Shown one piece after another: positions 27,681 through 36,601 of a stretch of DNA of 64,000 nucleotides. The notes under the pieces are model-generated. The model searched no databases. It was given only the letters and a program-made list of their open reading frames with translations, and was not told the DNA's origin. Both the position numbers and the translations under genes were made by a program. Source of the DNA: Bdellovibrionota bacterium (lineage in GTDB: Bacteria; Bdellovibrionota; Bacteriovoracia; Bacteriovoracales; Bacteriovoracaceae); the NCBI GenBank assembly GCA_036336775.1, contig JAYZFM010000042.1:9945-73944 (forward strand). Direction: 5' to 3'. Positions within the stretch are counted from its first letter, which is position 1. The number at the start of each line of letters is the position of its first letter.

Positions 27681-28118
27681 ATGATAGTAAACCTAAAAGA
27701 TTCAACTCGTTTTAATCCTTTTCGTTTTGTTTTCTCATCGGCTCACGTGTTCTATATCGGTTGGCGCACTAGAGTTGAAGCCGGTAAAATCAATCAAGAT
27801 TCGTTGAAGTTAAAAAAACACTTCACTCATAAATATCCTACGCTAAAAAATGATCAATTAGGAAATAGCCTTTGTATCAGTTGTGAAATTTGCAGTGAAA
27901 TTTGCCCAACTAAAGCAATTGAAATAAAAAAACCGAATATGGTTAACTTTCCGAACACTCTTAAAACGGGTGAGACTCCCCAAAAGTTTTATCTAGATAC
28001 TTCTCATTGTACTCGATGTAACTTATGCGCCATCGCTTGTCCGACTGATGCAATCGAACTAACTGGAGATTATAGCCAATTAATTCGTGTTAACTTAGTT
28101 GAACGAGCTATGAGTTAA
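27681..28118 (+). CDS. NuoI-like 2x[4Fe-4S] ferredoxin subunit
   Basis: Two intact motifs, CISCEICSEICP and CTRCNLCAIACP, with NuoI-type spacing and flanks (KAIEI..., DAIELTGDY). The start is 1 nt after the stop of the upstream gene. Confidence 0.75.
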   Translation: MIVNLKDSTRFNPFRFVFSSAHVFYIGWRTRVEAGKINQDSLKLKKHFTHKYPTLKNDQLGNSLCISCEICSEICPTKAIEIKKPNMVNFPNTLKTGETPQKFYLDTSHCTRCNLCAIACPTDAIELTGDYSQLIRVNLVERAMS

Positions 28119-28773
28119 ATATATCGGCTCTTGTCAGCGTGATTCTTCTTAATTTTGATAATTCTTCAAGATAGGTGTCTCGGTCTATTTCTACGCCACC
28201 AAAACTCTCGATAATTGGGGTAACCATTTGTGTATCTAGAAAGGGAATATTCTGAGCTTTTAATTTTTCCATGACAGAATAAACGCATAATTTTGAGGCA
28301 TTAGATTCTGTATGAAACATTGACTCACCACTAATGATCCCACCGAAACAAACTCCATACAGACCACCTACAATTTGATCTCCATTGTAGATACCAACGC
28401 AGTAGGCTTTACCAGCTTCAAAAAGTCTAGTGTATCCGTTGATGATTTCTTGGGTTATCCAAGTCCCTGCTTCGTGTTTTCTTTTTGTGAGAGCACAATT
28501 ATCAATGACTGCTTTGAAATCAAAATTAAATTTGATTTCGTACTTATGTTTTTTCAAAAAACGTTCAAATGATCTAGAGTAATGAACTTCATCAGTATAA
28601 AGAACACCTCTTGGGTCTGGAGAAAACCAAGTCAAAGGTGAAGTTTTCGAAATGGGCCAAGGAAAGATTCCATTTAAGTAGGCTTCTGTAAGTGTATCGA
28701 CTGAAAGGTCTCCACCAATTGCTAGGAGCCCCTCAGGCGATGCTTCATGAGCTGGGGGAAACCTTATTGCCAT
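28108..28773 (-). CDS. aat: leucyl/phenylalanyl-tRNA--protein transferase
   Basis: PEGLLAIGGDLSVDTLTEAYLNGIFPW, WFSPDPRGVL and GESMFH motifs. Confidence 0.85.
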   Translation of the reverse strand: MAIRFPPAHEASPEGLLAIGGDLSVDTLTEAYLNGIFPWPISKTSPLTWFSPDPRGVLYTDEVHYSRSFERFLKKHKYEIKFNFDFKAVIDNCALTKRKHEAGTWITQEIINGYTRLFEAGKAYCVGIYNGDQIVGGLYGVCFGGIISGESMFHTESNASKLCVYSVMEKLKAQNIPFLDTQMVTPIIESFGGVEIDRDTYLEELSKLRRITLTRADIFNS

Positions 28774-29746
28774 CTAAATTATCTCCGGGTAATAAACATT
28801 CTTCATAATCTGTTTTAAAACTTGCTAAGGAATTTTGTTTGTATTTCTCAATAAAATCTTTGATGACGAGGTATTCAAACGAAACGATATCCGAGTTCAG
28901 TTTGTGATACATACCTGCAATATGGGATGTTTTATTTAAATTTGATATTTGTCCGGCAAAACCTGGTTCGAAAGGCTCTTTCTTGAATACATCTAAAAAA
29001 GCACGAGACTTCGGATTTTTTTGGAGAAATTGTAAAAGCGCTTCCTCATCAACAATTTCCCCTCTGGCCGGGTTAATGACTAAGCAATCAGCTGCGACTT
29101 GAGATATTTTTTCGCTATCTAAAAATCTATGACTAGTATTATTCAAACTAGCAGCGATGATGACGATATTAGCACCTTTGATTATCTCATTATTCCAATC
29201 GTTGATAACAGGGTAGGGAATATGCTGAAGGTCTTTAAATGGATCATAAACTTGCAGCTTAGGACAAAGCGGGTAAAGGGAGCTGGCCACAATTTTTCCA
29301 ATAGTGCCGTGACCAATGATCACAACTTTTTGATCCCTTAAAAGCTTTCTAGGGAAGTTTCTATCAGTCTGCCAGTGATGATGATTGGGTATCATTGAAA
29401 AATGTTGAAAGATACTGGCAAGAGTATACTCTGCAACTGCATTCGCGCTGATTGGATTGCCAACAATAATAGGAAAGTCCACAGACTTCCTGAATTCTTC
29501 TGATATATTATCGTGACCCGAATTTGGATGAACTAACAGCACCGTTTCCTGAAGAATACGACGCGGAATGAGTTCTGTATTAGTATGGGTATTGGTTAAT
29601 AAAATCAATTTACTTCCAGCCGCATATTGCTGAAGAGTTTGAATATATTCGACGTCAGAAATATCTTCTAAGATCTTTTTTTCGTTAGCGAGATACTTAG
29701 AGTCTTGATAAGATGACGCATGTGTTCGATAAACTTGGAACTTCAT
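28745..29746 (-). CDS. D-isomer-specific 2-hydroxyacid dehydrogenase family protein
   Basis: Rossmann motif VVIIGHGTIGK, plus NPARGEIVDE and a downstream HIAG. 333 aa. Confidence 0.7.
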   Translation of the reverse strand: MKFQVYRTHASSYQDSKYLANEKKILEDISDVEYIQTLQQYAAGSKLILLTNTHTNTELIPRRILQETVLLVHPNSGHDNISEEFRKSVDFPIIVGNPISANAVAEYTLASIFQHFSMIPNHHHWQTDRNFPRKLLRDQKVVIIGHGTIGKIVASSLYPLCPKLQVYDPFKDLQHIPYPVINDWNNEIIKGANIVIIAASLNNTSHRFLDSEKISQVAADCLVINPARGEIVDEEALLQFLQKNPKSRAFLDVFKKEPFEPGFAGQISNLNKTSHIAGMYHKLNSDIVSFEYLVIKDFIEKYKQNSLASFKTDYEECLLPGDNLDGNKVSPSS

Positions 29747-29831
29747 GTTAGAATTTTAGACCATAACTACCTGCTAGACTAGCGAAAATGGGGTAAAGGG
29801 TGTAGTATCCAGCCCAAAACGAAGGAAATTT

Positions 29832-30614
29832 ATGATAAATATCAAATCGGCCCGTGAAATCGAAATAATGAAGCAATCTTGTCAACTAGCGGCGAAGACT
29901 TTGAACTTCATTGAAGATAAAATTGAGATCGGAATGACCACTGAGGACGTGAATGCAATATGTCACAAGTATATCGTCGACAATGGCGCTTATCCCTCGC
30001 CACTAAATTATCATGGTTTCCCGAAGTCAGTTTGTACCTCACTTAATGAAGTTATCTGTCATGGAATTCCAAGTAAAAAGGATAAATTGAAAGATGGTGA
30101 CATCCTCAATGTTGATGTGACGACTTTCTATAAAAACTTTCACGGTGATACAAATAGAACTTATTTTGTGGGAGAGGTTTCTCCTGAGATCAAAAAGCTA
30201 GTAAAAGTAACTTACGATTGTATGATGGCCGGAATTAATGTTTGTAAGCCAGGTGCGAGACTTGGTGATATTGGAGCGGTCATTGAAGAGATGGCACATG
30301 ACAATGGCTATACTGTTGTTCATGAATACTGTGGTCATGGAATCGGTAGAGAGTTTCATGAGGAGCCACAAATTCTTCACTATGGTACTCGTGGAGCAGG
30401 TGCTGAAATGAAGCCTGGTATGACTTTTACTATCGAGCCGATGATTAATTTAGGAAAGAGACATTGTAAGCTTATGAAGGATGGATGGACTGTTATCACT
30501 AAAGATAAAAAACCTTCGGCACAGTTCGAACATACAATTTTAATTACAGAGTCAGGGTATGAAATTCTAACTCTTGATCCTGAAAAACCGTATCAGCCGA
30601 CTTTTGATGTATGA
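29832..30614 (+). CDS. map: type I methionine aminopeptidase
   Basis: VICHGIP, NVDVT, GDTNRT, YCGHGIG, FTIEPM and QFEHT metal-ligand blocks. Confidence 0.95.
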   Translation: MINIKSAREIEIMKQSCQLAAKTLNFIEDKIEIGMTTEDVNAICHKYIVDNGAYPSPLNYHGFPKSVCTSLNEVICHGIPSKKDKLKDGDILNVDVTTFYKNFHGDTNRTYFVGEVSPEIKKLVKVTYDCMMAGINVCKPGARLGDIGAVIEEMAHDNGYTVVHEYCGHGIGREFHEEPQILHYGTRGAGAEMKPGMTFTIEPMINLGKRHCKLMKDGWTVITKDKKPSAQFEHTILITESGYEILTLDPEKPYQPTFDV

Positions 30615-31282
30615 GACATATCGTTCAAGGCATTGAGTTTGATATCACTCTCGATTCCAAAAACTGCCTTTATGAACTTAAGAGTAGTCATAGTCTAGCG
30701 CAAGCTTATTGCGAGAGCTTACTCAATCTTGAAATCGATCAGGCAATTTCCAAACTATATGAAACGATCGAAAGCAACTCCTATACTGTCGGTTGGAAAC
30801 TTTTAATCGCACTCAAATCTGCTCGAGGAGATAAACGTCTTTTTTACGAAAATCCAAAGCGAGATCAAATCATTTGTCGTTGCCAAGGTTATTCATTGTC
30901 AGATTTGTATAAACTTGAGGGGCAGCTTGATCTAAAAACACTCATGAGAGAAACCTCTGTAGGAATGGTATGTGCCAGTTGCAGACCAGAGCTCAATTCA
31001 GTTATAGGTAAACTTGATGATGAGAAAATGCTATATAAAGGAATTTCCTATCATCAATGGCGTGAAAAAATTGAGAATTCTTTGGGAGAGTACAAAGAGT
31101 ACGCCGGTATCGATTTAAATTCCTTCGTCGCAAGATTTGAGATTGTCGATTTTCCAAAAATCAAAATCTATTCGAATGATAGTGATTTTGTTCAAGATGA
31201 AAAAAACTCAGTTCGACTTGGGAATTACTTTTCTATGAAGCTTGAAACCCCGGTGAGTGTCGATTTAGCAATCTCTATTTAA
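30611..31282 (+). CDS. hypothetical protein with BFD-like [2Fe-2S]-binding motif
   Basis: ICRCQGYSLSDL ... VGMVCASCRPEL gives a CxC...CxxC pattern like BFD/NifU-type domains. ATGA overlap with map. Confidence 0.4.
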   Translation: MRHIVQGIEFDITLDSKNCLYELKSSHSLAQAYCESLLNLEIDQAISKLYETIESNSYTVGWKLLIALKSARGDKRLFYENPKRDQIICRCQGYSLSDLYKLEGQLDLKTLMRETSVGMVCASCRPELNSVIGKLDDEKMLYKGISYHQWREKIENSLGEYKEYAGIDLNSFVARFEIVDFPKIKIYSNDSDFVQDEKNSVRLGNYFSMKLETPVSVDLAISI

Positions 31283-31819
31283 TCTGTTCGACAGAATTTT
31301 ATCAAAAATCACATCGATGTTTTTGAGCTCTTTTACAAGTCTAGAGTAGTTAACGTTAGTTTCGAAATGCTGAGTTTTTAAGTAAAAGTCTTTTAGCTGA
31401 GGGATATTTTTTTCTAAGCAGCCTGCCTTTGTTTGGGCTGCTTGCATCGAACCAATAAACTCAACAAACATATGCAGAGAGTTCTTTGAGATATTTTCAT
31501 TCGTCGTTGCCTCAAGTCCTGGTCGTACTTTTGAGCCTCGATCAATGACTTTGTCTCCTAAGGTTAGAAATAGGCGCAGTAGGTGAAAGCTTGAGAACTT
31601 TTCTTGGCAGATTTCTTCTAGGTAGGGCGATTTGAAAATTATATCGTCTGGGAACATAACCATATAGGAAATCATACTGCTATTGAGTTGATAGAAGGCG
31701 CCACCGATTTTTTGCTCGTGAATATATTTTTCTTCTTGACCTAGACACTTGAGTAGTTTGCTCTGGCTTGCAAAACTTAACTGGCTGATAAATAAAAGTG
31801 CAAAACAAAAAAATTTCAT
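31265..31819 (-). CDS. secreted hypothetical protein
   Basis: Signal peptide MKFFCFALLFISQLSFA. Confidence 0.5.
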   Translation of the reverse strand: MKFFCFALLFISQLSFASQSKLLKCLGQEEKYIHEQKIGGAFYQLNSSMISYMVMFPDDIIFKSPYLEEICQEKFSSFHLLRLFLTLGDKVIDRGSKVRPGLEATTNENISKNSLHMFVEFIGSMQAAQTKAGCLEKNIPQLKDFYLKTQHFETNVNYSRLVKELKNIDVIFDKILSNRLNRDC

Positions 31820-31901
31820 ATATTTATTATATCGACCGATTAATGTAATGTCCTGAATTTATTTGTTAAATCATTGTCTGGTCAAAAAGGAGTATGGCAA
31901 T

Positions 31902-32651
31902 TTGAAAGAGATGACGTTAACCGATCATTTATATGAACTACGCACACGTGTTATTTGGATGGCGGGCATCTTATTTATTGCCTTTGGTATTTGTTATCAT
32001 TTTGGAGTTGAGTTTCAAAATGCTTTATTAGCACCTCTGAAGAATGCTCTTGGGGACTCAGGGCAAATAATGTTCACGGGGATTTTAGACAAAGTTCTCA
32101 CTCAGTTTCAGTTAGCTTTTTGGTCGGCACTTATTACTTCGTCACCTTTTTGGTTTACGCAGATATGGCTCTTTATAAAGCCAGGCCTTTACGAAAACGA
32201 AGTGAAGATCATACGTCCCTTTGTGCTTTTAAGCTTTATACTTTTTGCCTGTGGAGTGGCCTTTGGTTATTTCATTGTGTTTCCATTCACATTCGAGACT
32301 TTGTTGAAGTTTGGTGTGAATGAGATTGAGGCCATGATTAGCCTTAAAGAGTACGTCATACTGACTAGTAAGATTCTCGTCTTTTTGGGTGTTCTATTTC
32401 AATTACCTAATATTATTTTAATCCTAGGTTTCATGGGAATAGTAGATAGTAAAAAGCTAATTTCTATTTCACGCTATGTCGTGACAGCTTTTGCAGTTGT
32501 CTCTGCTATGTTGACTCCGCCAGACCCAATCACCATGATGGCCTTGTGGGTGCCATTAGTACTTCTGTACTTTCTTGGGGTGCTCCTGGTATTTCTGATT
32601 GTTGATCCATGGAAAAAGAGTAAAAGCAAGGACTTAGAACTCGCGGAATAA
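31902..32651 (+). CDS. tatC: twin-arginine translocase subunit TatC
   Basis: LTDHLYELRTRVIW followed by six TM segments. TTG at 31902 lies 9 nt after AAGGAG (31887-31892). ATG at 31911 is an alternative start. The ORF track begins at 31863. Confidence 0.85.
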   Translation: MKEMTLTDHLYELRTRVIWMAGILFIAFGICYHFGVEFQNALLAPLKNALGDSGQIMFTGILDKVLTQFQLAFWSALITSSPFWFTQIWLFIKPGLYENEVKIIRPFVLLSFILFACGVAFGYFIVFPFTFETLLKFGVNEIEAMISLKEYVILTSKILVFLGVLFQLPNIILILGFMGIVDSKKLISISRYVVTAFAVVSAMLTPPDPITMMALWVPLVLLYFLGVLLVFLIVDPWKKSKSKDLELAE

Positions 32652-32706
32652 CTAGATCATATTTAAGTCTATGACTCATTTTACCGAAAAGTAGAGTGAG
32701 GTTCGT

Positions 32707-33405
32707 ATGATATTAGACTTTCAAAATGTTTCTTACCAAATACCTAATGGCGATCTGATTTATGATAATCTGAATTTCAAATTATTTGATAATGAGTTCT
32801 ATGGTGTTCTAGGTAAAAATGGTTCTGGAAAATCAACGCTAATTGAAATGATTATGGGGATGAGGAAGCTAAGTCAGGGTAAAATCTTGGTTTTTGGAGA
32901 AGATCCAACAATCGGTGATCGTACCCAAAAAAGCCGCATCTTTACAGTGACTCACGATATGATGATTCCCGGATTTATCAAGGTGAGGGACCTATTAGAT
33001 TATTACGCACATTTTTATCCTAATTATTCTAAGGAAATCGAAGCTCAGGCATTAGAGGTTTTAGAGATAGTAGACAATAAAAAATTTGGGGCACTTTCTA
33101 CAGGTCAAAAGGTTAAAGCGCTTTTATGTGCAGCTTTTGCGGCCAAGGCAGAGTTGTATCTTTTTGATGAAGTGACCGCTGTTCTTGATCCCAAGTCTCG
33201 CAGAAACTTTTTTAAATTTTTAAATAAATTTCGAGTTTATCACTCATGCTCTATGCTACTCGCAACCAATATTGCAGAGGATTTAGAGAAGAGTGTTGAT
33301 AAAGTTATTTTTATTGATGACGGACATAGAATCCTGATCAAGGATGTCGAAGTTCTAGATAAGCTTTTCGATGATGAGTTAGATCGTGAACAGGAGAGTG
33401 CGTGA
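32707..33405 (+). CDS. ABC transporter ATP-binding protein
   Basis: Walker A GKNGSGKST, signature LSTGQKVK, Walker B LYLFDEVTAVLD. Confidence 0.85.
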   Translation: MILDFQNVSYQIPNGDLIYDNLNFKLFDNEFYGVLGKNGSGKSTLIEMIMGMRKLSQGKILVFGEDPTIGDRTQKSRIFTVTHDMMIPGFIKVRDLLDYYAHFYPNYSKEIEAQALEVLEIVDNKKFGALSTGQKVKALLCAAFAAKAELYLFDEVTAVLDPKSRRNFFKFLNKFRVYHSCSMLLATNIAEDLEKSVDKVIFIDDGHRILIKDVEVLDKLFDDELDREQESA

Positions 33406-34790
33406 GTAATTTTCTTCACCTTGTAAAATACAACCTCATCTTTCAAAAAACGAGAATCGCTTTTCTTTCCGTGTTTGTTGTCTTTATGGTTTTTGTCGTG
33501 GATTACTTTATGGATACAAGACAAGAATTCGGAGAGGCGATCATGCAGTATTCGTCTTATGTTTTATTTGTTTTATTCACAGGTAAGATGAATGCTAAAA
33601 ACTCACAGATGTTTGATATAAAACATTTATTGGCGATGCCTCTAACCAAAAAAGAAATTATTTTTTCTAAATCAGTTGCAGATATAGTGCAGATATCTCC
33701 GGTATGCATTTCTTTTCTTTGGGGATTTCACATTAAGTTTCCGGACTATCATCTTCCGATGGTTATTGTGATCTTTATCCTGCTTATGACTGTCATGAAT
33801 ATTATTGCATTCAGTAAACGAATCGATTTCTTTAGGATGCAACATTCAAAATCTCATTTCAGAAATATGTTTTTATTTGCTCATAAATATTTAGAGCTGA
33901 TGATTGTCATATTGTTTGTCGCGATAGCGGTCGGGCTTGTTCTTGCGGTATTCGGAAAGAACAATCTTATGATGGAGTACAGTTTCGCTGTTCTGTTAAT
34001 TGTAGCAATTTTTATGTCTACCATGAATGCACTGAAGATGCTGAAAGACGAAACACTCTCTTATTTTTTATACAAAAGAGACATCTTTAGAATTGGTTGG
34101 AAATTAGTTCTTCTTATTGGGCCAGGAATGATGTTTCACTGGGCCTATAAAGGAAAATTACAAGACAACGGTTTTGTAAACGTTCCTGACTCCCTTGCAG
34201 AACCTCTTCAAAAGATTTCGAATATTGAAAGTCAGCGTTTTATGCTTTCTATCCTAACTAAAGACGAAGATTATTTGAAAAACTATTTGAATGAAAAGAA
34301 ACCAATTCCTTGGGATACTGAGGTGAGGGGAATGTATCCGGTTCATGCAGCTGTTTTTGGAAACCAGCTAGAGCTACTCTCTGAGATGATAAAGCTTAGA
34401 CCCGAGGTAGTTAATAAGCCAGGAGCAGAGATGAATTCTACTCCATTATTTGTGGCGATGAAGCAATGTCATATTGAGGCAGCGGATCTTTTAATTCAAG
34501 CTGGTGCCAAAGTTGATCATAAAAATAAGGACGGCGAAACAGCTCTTATGTATGCAGCAAAGTTTGGGTGTGCTGGTGGTGTGATGCAGATGATAGATGC
34601 CGGAGCCAACCCGTTTTTAAAGAATAAGAAAAACGTTTCAGCTTACGCTTTAATTGAATCGAAAAAGAATGGAGTATTTGATTATCTTGTGAGAAAAGAA
34701 GTTCTGCCAGCGCAAGAACCACTGGCAAAACGTTCATTAGCTTCTGAAAAATCTAAGCGTCCTGAAGCGCCAAAAGTACCTCACGAGTAA
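33402..34790 (+). CDS. polytopic membrane protein (ABC-2-like permease partner) fused to C-terminal ankyrin repeats
   Basis: 4-nt overlap with the ATPase gene. About 6 TM segments in the first 250 aa. The C-terminus carries at least 3 ANK repeats (STPLFVAMKQCHIEAADLLIQAGAKVDHKNKDGETALMYAAKFGCAGGVMQMIDAGANP). Confidence 0.75.
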   Translation: MSNFLHLVKYNLIFQKTRIAFLSVFVVFMVFVVDYFMDTRQEFGEAIMQYSSYVLFVLFTGKMNAKNSQMFDIKHLLAMPLTKKEIIFSKSVADIVQISPVCISFLWGFHIKFPDYHLPMVIVIFILLMTVMNIIAFSKRIDFFRMQHSKSHFRNMFLFAHKYLELMIVILFVAIAVGLVLAVFGKNNLMMEYSFAVLLIVAIFMSTMNALKMLKDETLSYFLYKRDIFRIGWKLVLLIGPGMMFHWAYKGKLQDNGFVNVPDSLAEPLQKISNIESQRFMLSILTKDEDYLKNYLNEKKPIPWDTEVRGMYPVHAAVFGNQLELLSEMIKLRPEVVNKPGAEMNSTPLFVAMKQCHIEAADLLIQAGAKVDHKNKDGETALMYAAKFGCAGGVMQMIDAGANPFLKNKKNVSAYALIESKKNGVFDYLVRKEVLPAQEPLAKRSLASEKSKRPEAPKVPHE

Positions 34791-35637
34791 CTTTGGCAGC
34801 AAAGGCTTCTGATATACCTGAAGGGTCTAATTTAGGAGCAAGCTCAACAACATCTGCACCAACAAAGTTTTTACCTTTTAATATTTTCATTAGGCGCATA
34901 AATCCGTGAAAATCTTCACCACCAGCTTCAGGAGTTCCTGTTCCCGGTAAATAAGCCGGGTCGAAAAAATCCAAATCAAGTGTGAGATAAATTGGTCTTG
35001 CATCATCAAGTGTACTTAATCTTTCAATGCATTCATTCAGACTCTTCGCTTGAGTGTTATGTTTTTCCATAAACTCGAATTCTTCTTTGAGTCCAGAACG
35101 AATTCCGTACTGGAGAAGACCATTTTTTTCGTCCATATGATCCCAAACTCGTCTAATGATCGAAGCATGGGAATATCTTTCATCAAGATAGCCGTCACGA
35201 AGATCAGTGTGAGCATCAAGATGAATGACAAATAGGTCTTCATAATTATCGAGGTACAGTCTAATTGGACCATAGCTGATTGAATGCTCGCCACCTAAGG
35301 TAAGGAATTTGATATTATCTTCTTTAAGCTTTAAATCTTTAGTTAACTCATGGAAGTAATCATTTGTTTTTTTCCATTGGCTTGGGTAGATCGGAAGATT
35401 CTGACAATCAAGAACTTTGTAGTCAGTTAGCTCGCGATCAAGATAGGGGGAATAAGTCTCTATTCCAAATGAACCGTCGCGAGTTCCATCGGGACCAAAT
35501 CTGGCGCCGGGGCGATAAGACGTCGTACCATCGAAACAAAAACCAATGATATGAGTGGCGTTTGCTTCGATTGAGTCAGATAGAGTTGTTCCTAAAAAAG
35601 GTCGTGAAGTTTCAAGTTCTTCAATTTTTTTGATCAT
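34753..35637 (-). CDS. speB: agmatinase
   Basis: Ureohydrolase motifs GGEHSIS, HLDAHTDL and LTLDLDFFDP. It lies downstream of speE with a 4-nt overlap. Confidence 0.85.
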   Translation of the reverse strand: MIKKIEELETSRPFLGTTLSDSIEANATHIIGFCFDGTTSYRPGARFGPDGTRDGSFGIETYSPYLDRELTDYKVLDCQNLPIYPSQWKKTNDYFHELTKDLKLKEDNIKFLTLGGEHSISYGPIRLYLDNYEDLFVIHLDAHTDLRDGYLDERYSHASIIRRVWDHMDEKNGLLQYGIRSGLKEEFEFMEKHNTQAKSLNECIERLSTLDDARPIYLTLDLDFFDPAYLPGTGTPEAGGEDFHGFMRLMKILKGKNFVGADVVELAPKLDPSGISEAFAAKVTREVLLALQDA

Positions 35638-36488
35638 AAACCAGTCATTTTCTTGTGAAAATTACTAAGAGAAAATGCTCCTTTGTGCCAGTCTAAATTA
35701 TACCACTTCAGATTTCTACTAACTGCATCCATATGATTTCTTTTTGCAGGTTTAATATCTGTTGGTTTAAAACGCTTTGATGAAAATCCAAAGGTCCAAA
35801 ATACACCAGGGTAGATACACATAGGTGCATTAAAAGATTGAACAACAGGGAAGGCTTTTTGCATATTACGGTAAATCTTTTTGATTCCGTACTCGTCATA
35901 AAAAGGGTTTTCTGTTTGATTCATCATGATCCCATCTTCTGTAAGGGCGTCATAAACATCTTGATAAAAACTTTGAGTAAACAAACCTGATGCAAAATCT
36001 TCAGGATCAGTTGAGTCGATGATAATAACATCGTAAAAGTTCTTTTTCGTTTTAATGAATGCCATTCCGTCTTCTGGAAGAATATTAACTCTCTTGTCAT
36101 CAAGACCCGAAGTACAATCAGGAAAATACTCTTTTGAGACTTCGATAACTCTTTCATCTATTTCTACCAGGTCAATCTGCTCAATATCTTGGTGCTTAAC
36201 AAACTCTCTAACGACACCACCATCACCACCACCGATGATAAGAACTTTCTTACATGATCTTGAAACGGCATAAGGAATATGGGCCATAACTTCGTGGTAA
36301 ACAAATTCGTCAATATCGGCCACCATCGTTTTACCATCAAGTAGAAGTAACTTGCCAATGGCTTCAGTTTCTACCACATCGATCTTTTGAAATTTTGATT
36401 GTTCGCTGTGTAAAACCTTGCGGATTTTCCATCCCATTTTCACTTTGCCGAAATAGGATTTCTCCTCAAACCAATTGTCATTTATCAT
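35634..36488 (-). CDS. speE: spermidine synthase
   Basis: SKFQKIDV, VLIIGGGDGGVVRE and IIIDSTDP motifs. Confidence 0.9.
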   Translation of the reverse strand: MINDNWFEEKSYFGKVKMGWKIRKVLHSEQSKFQKIDVVETEAIGKLLLLDGKTMVADIDEFVYHEVMAHIPYAVSRSCKKVLIIGGGDGGVVREFVKHQDIEQIDLVEIDERVIEVSKEYFPDCTSGLDDKRVNILPEDGMAFIKTKKNFYDVIIIDSTDPEDFASGLFTQSFYQDVYDALTEDGIMMNQTENPFYDEYGIKKIYRNMQKAFPVVQSFNAPMCIYPGVFWTFGFSSKRFKPTDIKPAKRNHMDAVSRNLKWYNLDWHKGAFSLSNFHKKMTGL

Positions 36489-36601
36489 AATTCACCTCTT
36501 TACTTTTTTTTACCCTGTTTGGTGCAAATTTTGAACTCAAAGTGGTCAAAAAAAAGCGAATATGAGATAATTATTGCGATTTGCGTTAGAAAGGAGACGG
36601 T

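Noticed and set aside
34753-34790. A 38-nt 3'-3' overlap between the ankyrin-permease gene and speB. There are similar convergent overlaps at 2424-2444 and 7723-7729.
   Set aside because: Convergent tail overlaps are common in compact genomes. No hairpin or other signal suggests a special regulatory role.
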